Positions 52,913-64,000 of a stretch of 64,000 bases of DNA are shown here, piece by piece. The position numbers and the translations under genes are program-made. This DNA is from the human T2T-CHM13v2.0 reference genome, Homo sapiens. Location of the stretch: NCBI RefSeq assembly GCF_009914755.1, contig NC_060947.1. One strand, 5' to 3'. The notes beneath the pieces were generated by a model. That model had not been told where the DNA came from. It worked only from the letters and a program-made list of their open reading frames with translations, and searched no databases. The stretch's first letter is position 1. Each line of letters begins with the position of its first letter.

Positions 52913-53929
52913 TCACATTTTGGCATGACATTGCAGCGGCTGGTACCGGTTTTTCCTTTCCATGTTTAGTGCTTCCTTCAGGAGCTCTTTAAGGGCAGGC
53001 CTGGTGGTGACAAAATCTCTCAGCATTTGCTTGTTTGTAAAGTATTTTATTTCTCCTTCACTTATGAAGCTTAGTTTGGCTGGATATGAAATTCTGGGTT
53101 GAAAATTCTTTTCTTTAAGAATGTTGAATATTGGCCCCCACTCTCTTCTGGCTTGTAGAGTTTCTGCTGAGAGATCCGCTGTTAGTCTGATGGGCTTCCC
53201 TTTGTGGGTAACCCAACCTTTCTCTCTGGCTCCCCTTAACATTTTTTCCTTCATTTCAACTTTGGTGAATCTGACAATTATGTGTCCTAGTGTTGCTCTT
53301 CTCAAGGAGTATCTTTATGGTGTTCTCTGTATTTCCTGAATCTGAACATTGGCCTGCCTTGCTAGATTGGGGAAGTTCTCCTGGATAATATCCTGCAGAG
53401 TGTTTTCCAACTTGGTTTCATTCTCCCCATCACTTTCAGGTACACCAATCAGATGTAGATTTGGTCTTTAAACATAGTCCCATATTTATTGGAGGCTTTG
53501 TTCATTTCTTTTTATTCTTTTTTCTCTAAACTTCCCTTCTCACTTCATTTCATTCATTTCATCTTCCATCACTGATACCCTTTCTTCCAGTTGATCACAT
53601 CGGCTCCTGAGGCTTCTGCATTCTTCACATAGATCTCGAGTCTTGGCTTTCAGCTCCATCAGCTCCTTTAAGCACTTCTCTGTATTGGTTATTCTAGTTA
53701 TACATTCTTCTAAATTTTTTTCAAAATTTTCAACTTCTTTGCCTTTGGTTTGAATTTCTTCCTGAAGCTCAGAGTAGTTTGATCGTCTGAAGCCTTCTTC
53801 TCTCACCTCGTCATAGTCATTCTCCGTCCAGCTTTGTTCCATTGCTGGTGAGGAGCTGCATTCCTGTGGAGGAGGAGAGGCGCTCTGATTTTTAGAGTTT
53901 CCAGTTTTTCTGCTCTGTTTTTTCCCCAT
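52913..53929 (-). pseudogene. ORF1: Disabled L1 ORF1
   Basis: MGKKQSRKTGNSK...EDEMNEMK* premature stop at 53540; C-terminal ORF 52913-53305. Confidence 0.93.
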
Positions 53930-54059
53930 CTTTGTGGTTTTATCTACTTTTGGTCCTTGATGATGGTGATGTGCAGATGGGTTTTTGGTGTGGATGTCCT
54001 TTCTGTTTGTTAGTTTTCCTTCTAACAGACAGGACCCTCAGCTGCAGGTCTGTTGGAGT

Positions 54060-54187
54060 TTGTTAGAGGTCCACTCCAGACCCTGTTTGCCTGGGTACCA
54101 GCAGCAGTGGCTGCAGAACAGCAGATTGTTGTGAATCGTGAATGCTGCTGTCTGATCGTTCGTCTGGAAGTTTTGTCTCAGAGGAGT
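54060..54187 (-). promoter_or_regulatory. ~129-bp L1 5'UTR segment bound by ZNF93 (retained)
   Basis: About 128 nt between two ggagt repeats (54055-54059, 54183-54187), absent from the same position of the other young L1 (29151-29160). ZNF93 binding is from published knowledge. Confidence 0.8.
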
Positions 54188-54512
54188 ACCCGGCTGTGTG
54201 AGGTGTCAGTCTGCCCCTACTGGGGGGTGCCTCCCAGTTAGGCTGCTCAGGGGTCAGGGGTCAGGGACCCACTTAAGGAGGCAATCTGCCCGTTCTCAGA
54301 TCTCCAGCTGCATGCTGGGAGAACCACTGCTCTCTTCAAAGCTATCAGACAGGGACATTTAAGTCTGCAGAGGTTACTGCTGTCTTTTTGTTTGTCTGTG
54401 CCCTGACCCCAGAGGTGGAGGCTATAGAGGCAGGCAGGCCTCCTTGAGCTGTGGTGGGCTCCAGCCAGTTCGAGCTTCCCAGCTGCTTTGTTTACCTAAG
54501 CAAGCCTGGGCA

Positions 54513-55064
54513 ATGGCCGGTGCCCCTACCCCAGCCTCACTGCCACCTTGCAGTTTGATCTCAGACTGCTGTGCTAGCAATCAGCGAGACTCCGTGGTTG
54601 TAGGACCCTCTGAGCCAGGTGCAGGATATAATATCCTAGTTAGCCGTTTTTTAAACCTGTTGGAAAAACGCCGTATTGGGGTGGGAGTGACCCGATTTTC
54701 CAGGTGCCATCTGTCACCCCTTTTTTTGACTAGGAAAGGGAACTCCCTGACCCCTTGCACTTCCCAAGTGAGGCAATGCCTTGCCCTGCTTCAGCTCATG
54801 CATGGTGCACTGCACCCACTGTCCTGCACCCTCTGTCTGGCACTCTCTAGTGAGAAGAACCCAGTACCTCAGATGGAAATGCAGAAATCACCCATCTTCT
54901 GTGTCGCTCACGCTGGGAGCTGTAGACCAGAGCTGTTCCTATTCAGCCATCTTGTCTCCCCCCCACCTTTGTATTTTTTTTTCAATTCCCTTTACTTCTG
55001 CTTTAATTTTGATTATTTCCTTTCTTCTGCTGGGTTTGGGTTTGGTTTGTTCTTGTTTCTCTAG
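54513..55064 (+). CDS. ORF0: Extended L1 ORF0 homolog (183 aa), expression unknown
   Basis: MAGAPTPASLPPCSLISDCCASNQRDSV... stays open through the L1 5' terminus, the TSD and flanking L1PB1 sequence. Confidence 0.45.
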   Translation: MAGAPTPASLPPCSLISDCCASNQRDSVVVGPSEPGAGYNILVSRFLNLLEKRRIGVGVTRFSRCHLSPLFLTRKGNSLTPCTSQVRQCLALLQLMHGALHPLSCTLCLALSSEKNPVPQMEMQKSPIFCVAHAGSCRPELFLFSHLVSPPPLYFFFNSLYFCFNFDYFLSSAGFGFGLFLFL

Positions 55065-58000
55065 TTCCTTGAGGGGTTACCTTAGAATGTCAGTTTGTGC
55101 TCTTTCAGTCTTTTTGATGTAGTCATTTAAGGCTATGAACTTTTCTCTTAGCACCGCCATTGCTGTATCCCAGAGGTTTTAACAGGTTTTTTCTTTATTC
55201 TCATTCAGTTCAAAGAATATCTAAATTTCCATCTTGATTTTGTTTTTGACCCAATGCTCATTCAGGAGCTGGTTATATAATTTCCATGTACTTGCATGGT
55301 TTTGAAGTTTCGTTTTGGAGTTGATTTCCAGTTTTATTTCACTGTTGTCTGAGAGAGTGCTTGATATGATTTCAATTTTCTTAAATTTATTGAGGCTTGT
55401 TTTATGGCCTATTTTATGGTCTGTCTTGGAGAAAGTTTCATGCACTGTTTCATATAATGTGTATTCTGCAGTTTTTGGATAAAATGTTCTGTATTTTGTT
55501 AAGTACCTTTGTTTCAAGGTATAGTTTAAATCCATTGTTTCTTTGTTGACTTTCTATCTTGATGACCTACCTAGTGCTGTCAGTGGAGTAATGAAGTCTC
55601 CCACTATTATTGTGTTGCTGTCTACCTCATTTCTTATGTCTATTAGCAATTGTTTAATTAATTTGGGAGTTCCAGTTTTAGGTGCATATATGTTTAGGAT
55701 TGTGATATTTTCCTGTTGGACAAGGCCTTTTACCATTATATAATGTTTCTCTTTGTCTTTTTTAAATGCTGTTGCTTTAAAGTTTGCTTTGTCTGATATA
55801 AGAATAGCTACCCCTGCTTGCTTTTGATGTCCATTTGCATGAAATGCTTTTTTCAACCCCTTTACCTTAAGTGTATGTGAGTCCTTATGTGTTAGGGGAG
55901 TCTCCTGAAGACAGCAGATAATTGGTTGGTGAGTTCTTATCCATTCTGGAGTTCTGTGTCTTTTAATTGGAACATTTAGGCCATTTACATTCAATGGTAG
56001 TATAGAGATGTGAGGTAACATTGCACTCATCATGTTATTTGTTGCCTCTGTACCTTGTTTTTTGCTGTTGTTGTTGTTTTTGTTTTTTAAATTGTATTTT
56101 TGTTTTATGGGTCCTGTGCGATTTATGCTTTAAAAAGGTTATTTTGATATGTTTCCAGGATTTGTTTCAAGATTTAGTGCTCCTTTTAGCAGTTCTTGTA
56201 GTGATGGCTTGGTAGTGACGAATTGTCTCAGCATTTGTTCGTCTGAAAAAGACTGTATCTTTTCTTTATATATGATGCCTAGTTTCACTGGATAAAAAAT
56301 TCTTGGATGATAATTGTTTTGTTTGAGGAGGCTGAAGATAGAGCCCCCATCCCTCTAGCTTCTATGACTTCTGCTGAGAAATCTGCTGTTAATTTGATAG
56401 GTTTTCCTTCATAGGTTACCTGGTGCATTTGTCTCACAGCTCTTAAGATTCTTTCCTTGTCTTAACTTTAGATAACCTGATGACAATGCCCCTAGGTGGT
56501 GATCTTTTTGTGATGAATTTTCCAGGTGTTCACTGTGCTTCTTGTATTTGAATGTCTAGGTCTCTAACAAGGCCAGGGAAGTTTTCTTTGATTATTCCCC
56601 CAAATATGTTTTCCAAAGTTTTAGATTTCTTCCTCAGGAACACTGATTATTCTTAGGTTTGGTCATTCAACATAATTCCAGACTTGTTGGAGGCTTTGTT
56701 CATATTTTCTTATTATTTTTTCTTTGTCTTTGTTGGATTGGGTTAATTTGAAGACCTTGTATTCTAGCTCTGAATTTCTTTTTTCTACTTGTTGAATTCT
56801 ATTGCTGAGACTTTCCTTAAATATTTCTCCCTTCACTTCTTATCATTTTTTGGATATCCTTGCACTGGGTTTTGCCTTTCTCTCGTGCCTCCCTGATTAG
56901 ATTAATAACTAACCCCCTGAATTATTTTCAGGTAAATCAGGGACTTCTTGGTTTGCATCCATTGCTGGTGATCTAGTGTGATTTTTCGAGGGTGCTAAAC
57001 AGCCTTGTTTTGTCATATTACCAGAGTTGGTTTTCTAGTTTCTTCTCGTTTTGGTAGGCTCTGTCAGAGGGAATGTCTAGGGCTGAAGACTGTTGTTCAG
57101 ATTCTTTTGTCCCACGGGGTGTTCCCTTGATGTAATAGTCTCCCCTTTTCCTATGGATGTGACTTCCTGTGAGCTGAGCTGCAGTGATTGTTGTCTCTCT
57201 TCTGGGTCTAGCCACTCAGAAATTCTACCCAGTTCTGAGCTGGTACTGGGGTTGTCTGCACAGAGTCCTGTGATGTGAACCATCTGTTGGTCTCTCAGCT
57301 ATGGACACCAGCACCTGTTCTGGTGGAGGTGGCAAGGGGGTGAAATGGTCTTTGTGAGGGTTCTTTGTTTTGGTGGTTTAATGTTCAATTTTTATGCTGG
57401 TTGGCCTCCTGCCATGAGGTGGTGCTTTCCAGAGAGCATCAGCTGTGGCAGTATGGAGAGGAACTGGTGACGGGTGGGGCCCTAGAACTCCCACGAGTAT
57501 ATACCCTTTGTCTTCAGATACCAGGGTGGATAGCGAAGGCCCATCAGGTTGGGGCAGGACTGGTGTGTCTGAGCCCAGACTCTGCTTGTGTAGGTTTTGT
57601 TGCTGCTACTGTGGCGGATGGGGGTGAGTTTCCCAGTTCAATGGAGTTGTGTACCTTGGAGGATTATGGCTGCCTCTGCTGTGTCATGCAGGTTGTCAGG
57701 GAAGTGGGTAAAGCTGGCAGTTACAGGCCTCACACAGCCCCCATACAATTTGAAGGACTGGTCTCACTACTACCGTGCCCCCTCCCAACAGCCCTCAGTC
57801 TGTTTTCATGCAGTGGGTGAGCAGGGCTACCCACCTCCCAACTGCAAAAGTAAAGGGCTTTGGTTCTTCCCCCACCTGTGGAGCCTGCACACTGGATTTG
57901 CACCCTCCCCTGAGTTCTGGCCAGGAGGCTTCTATCCTGGTTCAAGTTGTTACAAAATTCAACCAGAGACTTTTTCTTTTCCCTGTGGCATTTTCCCTCA

Positions 58001-58448
58001 CACCTCTGGTCTCCCTCCCAAAGGATCCCTGTGGTGCCAATCAGGAGTGGCCCACTTGGGGACTCAGTGAGCTCCCAGGGCCTTTCCTGCTACTTTCTCT
58101 TCCCCTGTATTTCACTTGGCTCTCTAAATTGACTCAGCTCCAGGTAAGGTCAGAAACTTCTCCTGCAAATTAGACCTTCAATTTTCCCAGTGGTGATGTG
58201 TGTTCAGGAGCAGAAGATCTCCTTTTCCCACTTCCACAGTTTGGGAACTCATAGTATGTGGGATGTCTTCTGGGTCTTGAAGTAACAGTCTACTTCTTTC
58301 AGAGGGTCTGTGGGTCCTCTTTGGATTCTGGGTTTGTTCTTGCAGTCCTTCTGGAGCTAAAGTTCATGATGCAAGCCTCCACACTCGACTTTGTCCATGT
58401 GAGTTGGGGCTGCAATCTAGTTCTGCCTCCCATCCACCGTTATGATCC

Positions 58449-58549
58449 AGAATAAAGTTTCATGTGGCTGAGGAGGCCTCACAATCATGGCAGGAGACAA
58501 GGAAGCAAGTCACGTCTTACATGGATGAGGCAGGCAAAGAGAGAAAGAC
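58449..58549 (+). mobile_element. THE1 (MaLR) LTR fragment
   Basis: gtttcatgtggctgaggaggcctcacaatcatggcagg...gcaagtcacgtcttacatggatg...caggcaaagagaga. Confidence 0.88.
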
Positions 58550-58878
58550 TACCACTGCATTTATGATGCTATGCTTCCTGTGAGTTGCTCCCAGACAAAG
58601 ACTAAGCACTGGGGAGATAAAATAACAAGATAATTCTTGGGAGATGTGAGACTTTTTCAGTGGGAGACTTAGGCTTGAGGACTTCCCATTGGCTTGCTCT
58701 GCTGCATTTCAAGACTCTTCAGTCAATCTTTTTTCCTTTCATCTCTTCATCCATTAGTGTCATATCTGAATTGTGGTCTAAAATTTCTCTCCTTCTTCTC
58801 CTGCTACCTCTCCCAATAAATCTCTTATACATCTAGTTCCATTTTGGTGTCAGCCTTTAAGTATATCTGAACTACACA
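58550..58878 (+). mobile_element. ERVL LTR16C-like LTR, 3' piece
   Basis: gttgctcccagacaaagactaagcac...cccaataaatctcttatacatctagttccattttggtgtc...tgaactacaca (poly(A) signal and CA end). Confidence 0.7.
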
Positions 58879-59227
58879 TGAGGGAAAAATGGTACTAGCA
58901 TACATAATTTGTGAATTTTTTTTTTTGGTAGTGAGAAAATTTTCAGACAAAGAATTACTTGAATGATATAAAATAAAAATAAAATCATATAGTCAAATAG
59001 CCAAACTGTAAACACATACATACAGATAGACAGACTTTTTTTGGGGAAAATAATAACTATCAGATTTCAAGTGATTTTTGGAATGTTTAATTATAAGCAA
59101 TATTTTATTTCTGCTTTGTGTGTCATTGCTTTAAGAAAATTTATAACTGAATAGTATGAACATTCACATAGTTAAATGATATTTGAGACTCAATCTTTAA
59201 TTAACCACTCTAGTAATGTGCAAGTTC

Positions 59228-60370
59228 TGCCCTTGGACCTTTTCTTTTCCTACACACTTATTAACTATCTCATTCATTCCCATTGTTTAAATGATTGTTT
59301 GTCATGCTGACAACTCCCAGCTCTAGCTCAGACTTTTTCCCTGAACTCCAGATCTATCTATCTATCTAATCTAAATCTATCTATATCTCCAATAGTTCGG
59401 TCTCTTCTTTTCCCCCAAAGTTGCTTCATCGCCTTCTACTCTTACTTGTCTTAGAGCATGGCATCACCAACAATCCGGTAACCACAGCCATAAACTAGGT
59501 GTAGTTTCCTCCCTTTGATGCTATATACAATTCATTGTAGGTTGGCTTCCTAAATGGTTTTTGAAGTCATCCCTCTTTGCTATCCTCTGATACCTGCACA
59601 GTCCTAGTTAACAGAGTTTCTCATTGGATTACTTCAATAATCTTCTAAGTTATCTTCCTGCTTCACTTTTTCCAGAACTTTGATTTGCTCTTTCTTTTCT
59701 ATTCATTATTCAGAGCTCAGTCTAAAGTTTAACTCTTTAGTGAGTATTTTATTGATTTAATATATCTTACCAAGCAAGTTGTTTTCAAATTTTATTTATT
59801 TTTATTTATTTATTTAGTTAGTTATTTAGTTATTTTATAATTTCAGTTTCTACTTTAGATTCAGGGGGTACAGGTGTAGGTTTGTAACATGGGTACATTG
59901 TGTGATGCTGAGGTATGGATTATGATTGAGCCCCTCACCCAGGAATTTAGTACAGTACCAAATAGTTACTTTTTCAATCTTTATCCCTCTCTCCCTCCCT
60001 CCTTTAGTGGTCCCCAGTATCCACTGTTGCCTTGTTTGTATACATGTGTACTCAAAATTTAGCCCACACTCATAAGTGAAAACATGTGGTACTTAGTATT
60101 CTGTTCCTGTGTTAACTCGCTCTTATGAATCACTTTTTCTTAGTCCATTGTAGTACTTATAACCAGTTAATATTTTGTTGTTTATTTGTGTGTGTGTGTG
60201 TGTGGGTGTGTGTTTATTTCAATGTAAGTTCCACAAGAGTAGGGACCTCGTCTATTTTTCAACACTTTTTCTCAGCAGATAAAAATGTCTGCCACGTATA
60301 ATATACTTAATAATTTTTGTTGATAAAAATACTGATTGATTAGCTACTGAGTAAATGTATAAATGAATAA
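59228..60370 (+). mobile_element. L2 LINE remnants, interrupted by an L1 3' fragment
   Basis: catgctgacaactcccag...ctgaactccaga (YADD region); L2 3' end aatgtaagttccacaagagtagggacc...taatttttgttgat. Confidence 0.7.
59790..60121 (-). mobile_element. Short L1PA16-like 3' end
   Basis: (TTTA)n tail, tttagattcagggggtacagg...tgtgatgctgaggt...ttagcccacactcataagtga. Confidence 0.85.
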
Positions 60371-60576
60371 CATTTCACCTAGCAAACATTGTTTTGCTTA
60401 GAATAATTCCACCCCTACTCCTGGCAGATTTTCTCAGCCAGATACCTGAGTATATTTCCAGACTCTGGAATGTATCCACTGAAACATAATAAAGATACTC
60501 TATAACAGATTCACGTGTCTGATATTGTTTGTTGTATTTTAGGGTTTGGGGGTAGAACAGCTGTTCATTTTCTTAC

Positions 60577-60698
60577 AGGTATTCTGAACCAATTAAGAAG
60601 AGTCAGAATATGGGAGTCTAAAATTTTGCCTGTACTAATAAAGCTCATATTGAAGCATGTGATAAATCTGCAGGCAAATAGGCCTCCTAATACTAACC
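60577..60698 (-). other. Candidate spliced exon (122 nt), one open frame
   Basis: tttctaattttatttccag|GGTTAGTA...AGAATACCT|gtaaga; open frame LVLGGLFACRFITCFNMSFISTGKILDSHILTLLNWFRIP; non-repeat sequence. Confidence 0.35.
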
Positions 60699-60837
60699 CT
60701 GGAAATAAAATTAGAAACTCAGTCATCAACAGCAGTGAACTGAGACAGACTTCCTCCAACAGGGATAGAGCCTGCACTTGTAAATTTTAGAGCATGAAGT
60801 TTACAGGGCAGGACGCTCTTAGGCATTTGCGATTAGG

Positions 60838-61043
60838 ATGGTGGTCCTCAAAGTGTGTTCCTCCCACGCTCCTCCAAAGGAGCACAAGCATCATTGGCAT
60901 CACCTGGAAACTTGTTAGAAATGCCAATACTCAGGCCCTGTTCCAGAACTATTCAAGCAGAAACTCTGCAGTTGGGGCCCAGACATCTGTATTTTAACAA
61001 GCCCTTCAGTGATTCTGATGCACCACAAGTTGAAAATCACTGG
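60838..61043 (+). mobile_element. MER5A hAT-Charlie DNA transposon
   Basis: gtggtcctcaaagtgtg...gcatcacctggaaacttgttagaaatgc...tgtattttaacaagccc...gattctgatgca...ttgaaaatcactg. Confidence 0.9.
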
Positions 61044-61110
61044 CATAGGACTTAGAGGAGAGAAAGATCTCCTTTTAGTCCATAGAGTTAAGCTTAGCTC
61101 ACAGCTGAAA

Positions 61111-61170
61111 CCAGGACTGGAAATAGGGTGAAGCAAGTGTGGTCCTAGGGTACAAAATTTAAAGAAGCCC
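61111..61170 (+). mobile_element. MER91-like fragment
   Basis: caggactggaaatagggtgaagcaag...cctagggtacaaaatttaaagaagc. Confidence 0.6.
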
Positions 61171-62029
61171 TTATTCTTATGTTTGTCCAAGTACCATGGT
61201 GTTTCTGCTGTTGAACAAACAGTTACCATTGTCTAATTTAGCAAAGTAGTGATTAAACATTTTCATTATTAATATATTGATAATATAAAACTTCGATATA
61301 TATTTTAAAGGTGATATTCAAGTATAGTTAAATCAGCATGGAATTGGCAAAAATCAAGCAACTAAGATTGTAATTGGCTTTTTATGTTAAAACATGTTTA
61401 CTAATGTGGTTTCTCCATAATGGAGATAGGAATCACAGAAAGTTAGAACTGAATAATACCTTAAAGATTATCTAATCCAGAGCCAGCCTTTGAAGGCCAA
61501 GTGTTATAAATAAACCAGACAATAGCTAGTCTAATGATGTTTAAGAGATTCTGAGAAGGTGACCCTCCAGATACTTGTATTTGATTTACTTGATTTATTC
61601 AGATTATTTGATTTGATTTATTCACATTAATTTTCAATTTAAATCCCTGGAAATTCATCTCTGATTTTTAAAGTCTTCTTTTAAAATGCAAACATATCTA
61701 ACTGGATTACAAGATGATGTATGATTGATCATTAGTGTCATTTGGTTAATCAGACTATTTTCTTTGTGGCACATAGCAATTCATATAAGCAGTCTGAGGG
61801 AACAAATCTAGTATTTATGGAGCACTTGGTGACAGATACTATGCTATAAATGTAATTGTAAAATTAGAAAAACGATATTTCTACTAAAGATAAGAAAATA
61901 TGGGGCAGAAAATACAGAATTTTGACCACCCAGAGAGCAGGAAAAAAGCACTGAATGCCTTTGGGGCCAAGAAAAGTGAGGAAGAAAAAGAAGATCCCAG
62001 TGGTACAATATGAATTCTTTGAATGAAGC

Positions 62030-62392
62030 TTATATATCTACCATCAGAGGGACTGGTTAAATGATTTGTGATATATTGTTAATGAATATCATGCAGCCAT
62101 CAAAAAGATGATGCAGCTCTCTACTGATATTCAACAATCCCCATGATAGTTTTAATTAAGGAAGCAAGGCATTATATTACCTTACTATTTGTATAAAAAG
62201 AATTTAAATATGCATAAAATATGTCAGAAACCATACTCAAAGAATTGTTAACAATTGCCTATGAAGAGAGAAACTGGGTGTCTAAGTAAAAGGGAGACAA
62301 TTTTAATTGTATACCCATTTATTTGTTTTGTATTTTATACCATGTATATATATTAGCTATTTCAAAAAATGAATGTAATTTAGTTTTAAAAA
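62030..62392 (+). mobile_element. L1ME-type 3' end remnant
   Basis: ccatcagagggactggttaaat...gaatatcatgcagccatcaaaaagatga...ttactatttgtataaaaa...tttaccatgtatatatattagctatttcaaaaa-like end. Confidence 0.7.
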
Positions 62393-62554
62393 ATGTATTC
62401 CAGTATGGGCCCTATAATTTTGAGTAGGAAGAAGATATTATTGACTCTCTGTGAGTGTGCTCTGCATTTCAGTTATTTTTTTTCCATTAGGGAAGTTGTA
62501 CTTGAATAGAAGAGTGAGCTTGTTGTCACGTTTGCCATTCCATTGATCATTAGG

Positions 62555-63328
62555 ATTAATTTAGCAAACCCATCTCTCTCTACCCTCCTTACTCCCAAAG
62601 CTGATTTAAGTCAAAGAGGATGATTTTGCCACAGAGAACTATCGATTGTACCAAAATAGCTATGCTTGTCTACTAGAACTTCAAAGTAACCCACATATTC
62701 CATACGGAGAAGTTGGCATTTACCTATCTTTATCTTAATAGAGAGTAGTTAGAGAATATCCGATCAATAAGGACTCAAAATAGAACACAAGGGAGGACAG
62801 AAATTGTGGTGCAGGGCGAATGAATTATCAGGGTGTGATACAAAGGTCACCAAAGCCATCATGTGTTGTATAAGAAACAGGAATGCCTCCAGTGATCTCG
62901 GGCAATATTGGATGTCAATGGAGAGCATTTTCCTCTGGTCTTGACTGAGCTAAACCCAGCCTCTAAAGTGCTATGCAATACCACTTTCCAGGACAAAACT
63001 GCCTTTGTTTGGAAGGATTTTGGAATTATAGGCCTAACAAGAAAGTGTTATTACAATAGAACCAGAGGAGGAAAAAGACAATCATTGTCTTTTATGTTTT
63101 AATATAGACATTTGAAACTCAGGGCAGATTCAAATAGTTCTTTGATTAAAATAATTTTGAATTGGAAGTCTAGAACTCAGGGCATCAGGTTTATGTCATA
63201 CACAATAGTATAGAAACACAGCCATTTGATACCTTTGATGGCACTCATCTCTGGGAAAATTATCCTCTTTGACTGAAAACAGCTTTGGGAGCAGAGAGGA
63301 CAGAGAGAGATGGGTTTGCTAAATTGAT
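62555..63328. repeat. Long imperfect inverted repeat: arms 62555-62675 and 63206-63328, ~530-nt spacer
   Basis: Perfect 24-nt match aatttagcaaacccatctctctct (62558-62581) versus reverse complement of 63302-63325, followed by shared ctcccaaagctg and agtcaaagaggat blocks and a weaker inner extension. Confidence 0.9.
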
Positions 63329-64000
63329 GTAGCTTTTTAGGGCTAGAAACTGAGTCTTGATACTGCCTCTAAAATAATAAAAGTTTTTGGGAATAGTTCT
63401 TGCCCACCAAATTCACAAAAATACTGAGATATGAAACAGAATACCGATTTACTAAGTTACTCTTAGAGTACAATTGTCACAAGGGCTGGAATACATAGAT
63501 GCATTGATTCTCTTACATACATACATTCTCTTCTCTATAGGAAAGTTTACATGGAAAGCCACATTATAATCAGAAAGTGATCAAATAAACCCAGTAATAT
63601 ACAACAAGGGAATGAGCTGGATGATTTTCATGGCTCCTGTCTTCCAGCTAGGAGAGTAATTAATCCATCTCCACTGGAAAGATAGACCAACTGAACAAAC
63701 ATTCATCTTAGTTCACTAATACATTTTCTCCTAGATCATGCCCCTATAATACCCACCCTGAATAAATGTATTTTGTTTCAAAATTGACAAATTCTTTCCT
63801 GTTATTAGAATATTTGCCCCTGTCAATACCATTGATTAGGCTGCAGTCTAGCACTCTCTTCCACTTTTTGGGTTGGAAGACACTCTTTCTCTTGTGATAT
63901 TTGCATGTACCTGAGTCCATCCATTGTGTGTTGCCTCTTTTTTTTTCTTAAAAAACTTTTGATGATGAGTTTTATTAAATTTAATCAACTGCTTTTTTTC

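Noticed and set aside
57018-58455. Cluster of ORFs up to 157 aa
   Set aside because: Inside the L1PB1 (L1PBa-type) 5'UTR; no recognisable protein.
63525-63660. Plus-strand acceptor ttctcttctctatag|G as a coding exon
   Set aside because: All three frames stop within about 50 nt and no convincing donor follows.

Overview
Hominid (human or great-ape) nuclear DNA, AT-rich and about three-quarters LINE-1 derived; the SVA, Alu and L1PA2/PA3-type elements set the taxon. There is no recognisable cellular protein-coding gene, RNA gene or CRISPR array. Almost all ORFs in the track are disabled L1 ORF1/ORF2 pieces, their antisense shadows or low-complexity artefacts. The window is a nested stack of retrotranspositions whose order can be read from target-site duplications (TSDs). 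Main observations: (1) a 5'-truncated SVA carrying a 238-bp 3' transduction; (2) a near-full-length L1PA2-like element whose 5'UTR was inverted by twin priming, so its antisense promoter now faces its own ORF1/ORF2; (3) a full-length L1PB1 that split an LTR16C-like LTR, carries an apparent ~100-bp THE1-derived 5' transduction, and has a target site present three times because an L1PA8 re-used it; (4) a full-length L1PA3 retaining the ZNF93-bound segment and an ORF0 frame extended to 183 aa; (5) a ~3.2-kb structured TA-rich expansion; (6) an unexplained ~120-bp inverted repeat pair (62555-63328) in otherwise unique DNA; (7) two candidate minus-strand exons about 60 kb apart. Subfamily names come from remembered consensus motifs, not alignments, and are approximate. 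I found no evidence of a novel protein-based system; the interesting signals concern retrotransposition mechanics and non-coding structure.
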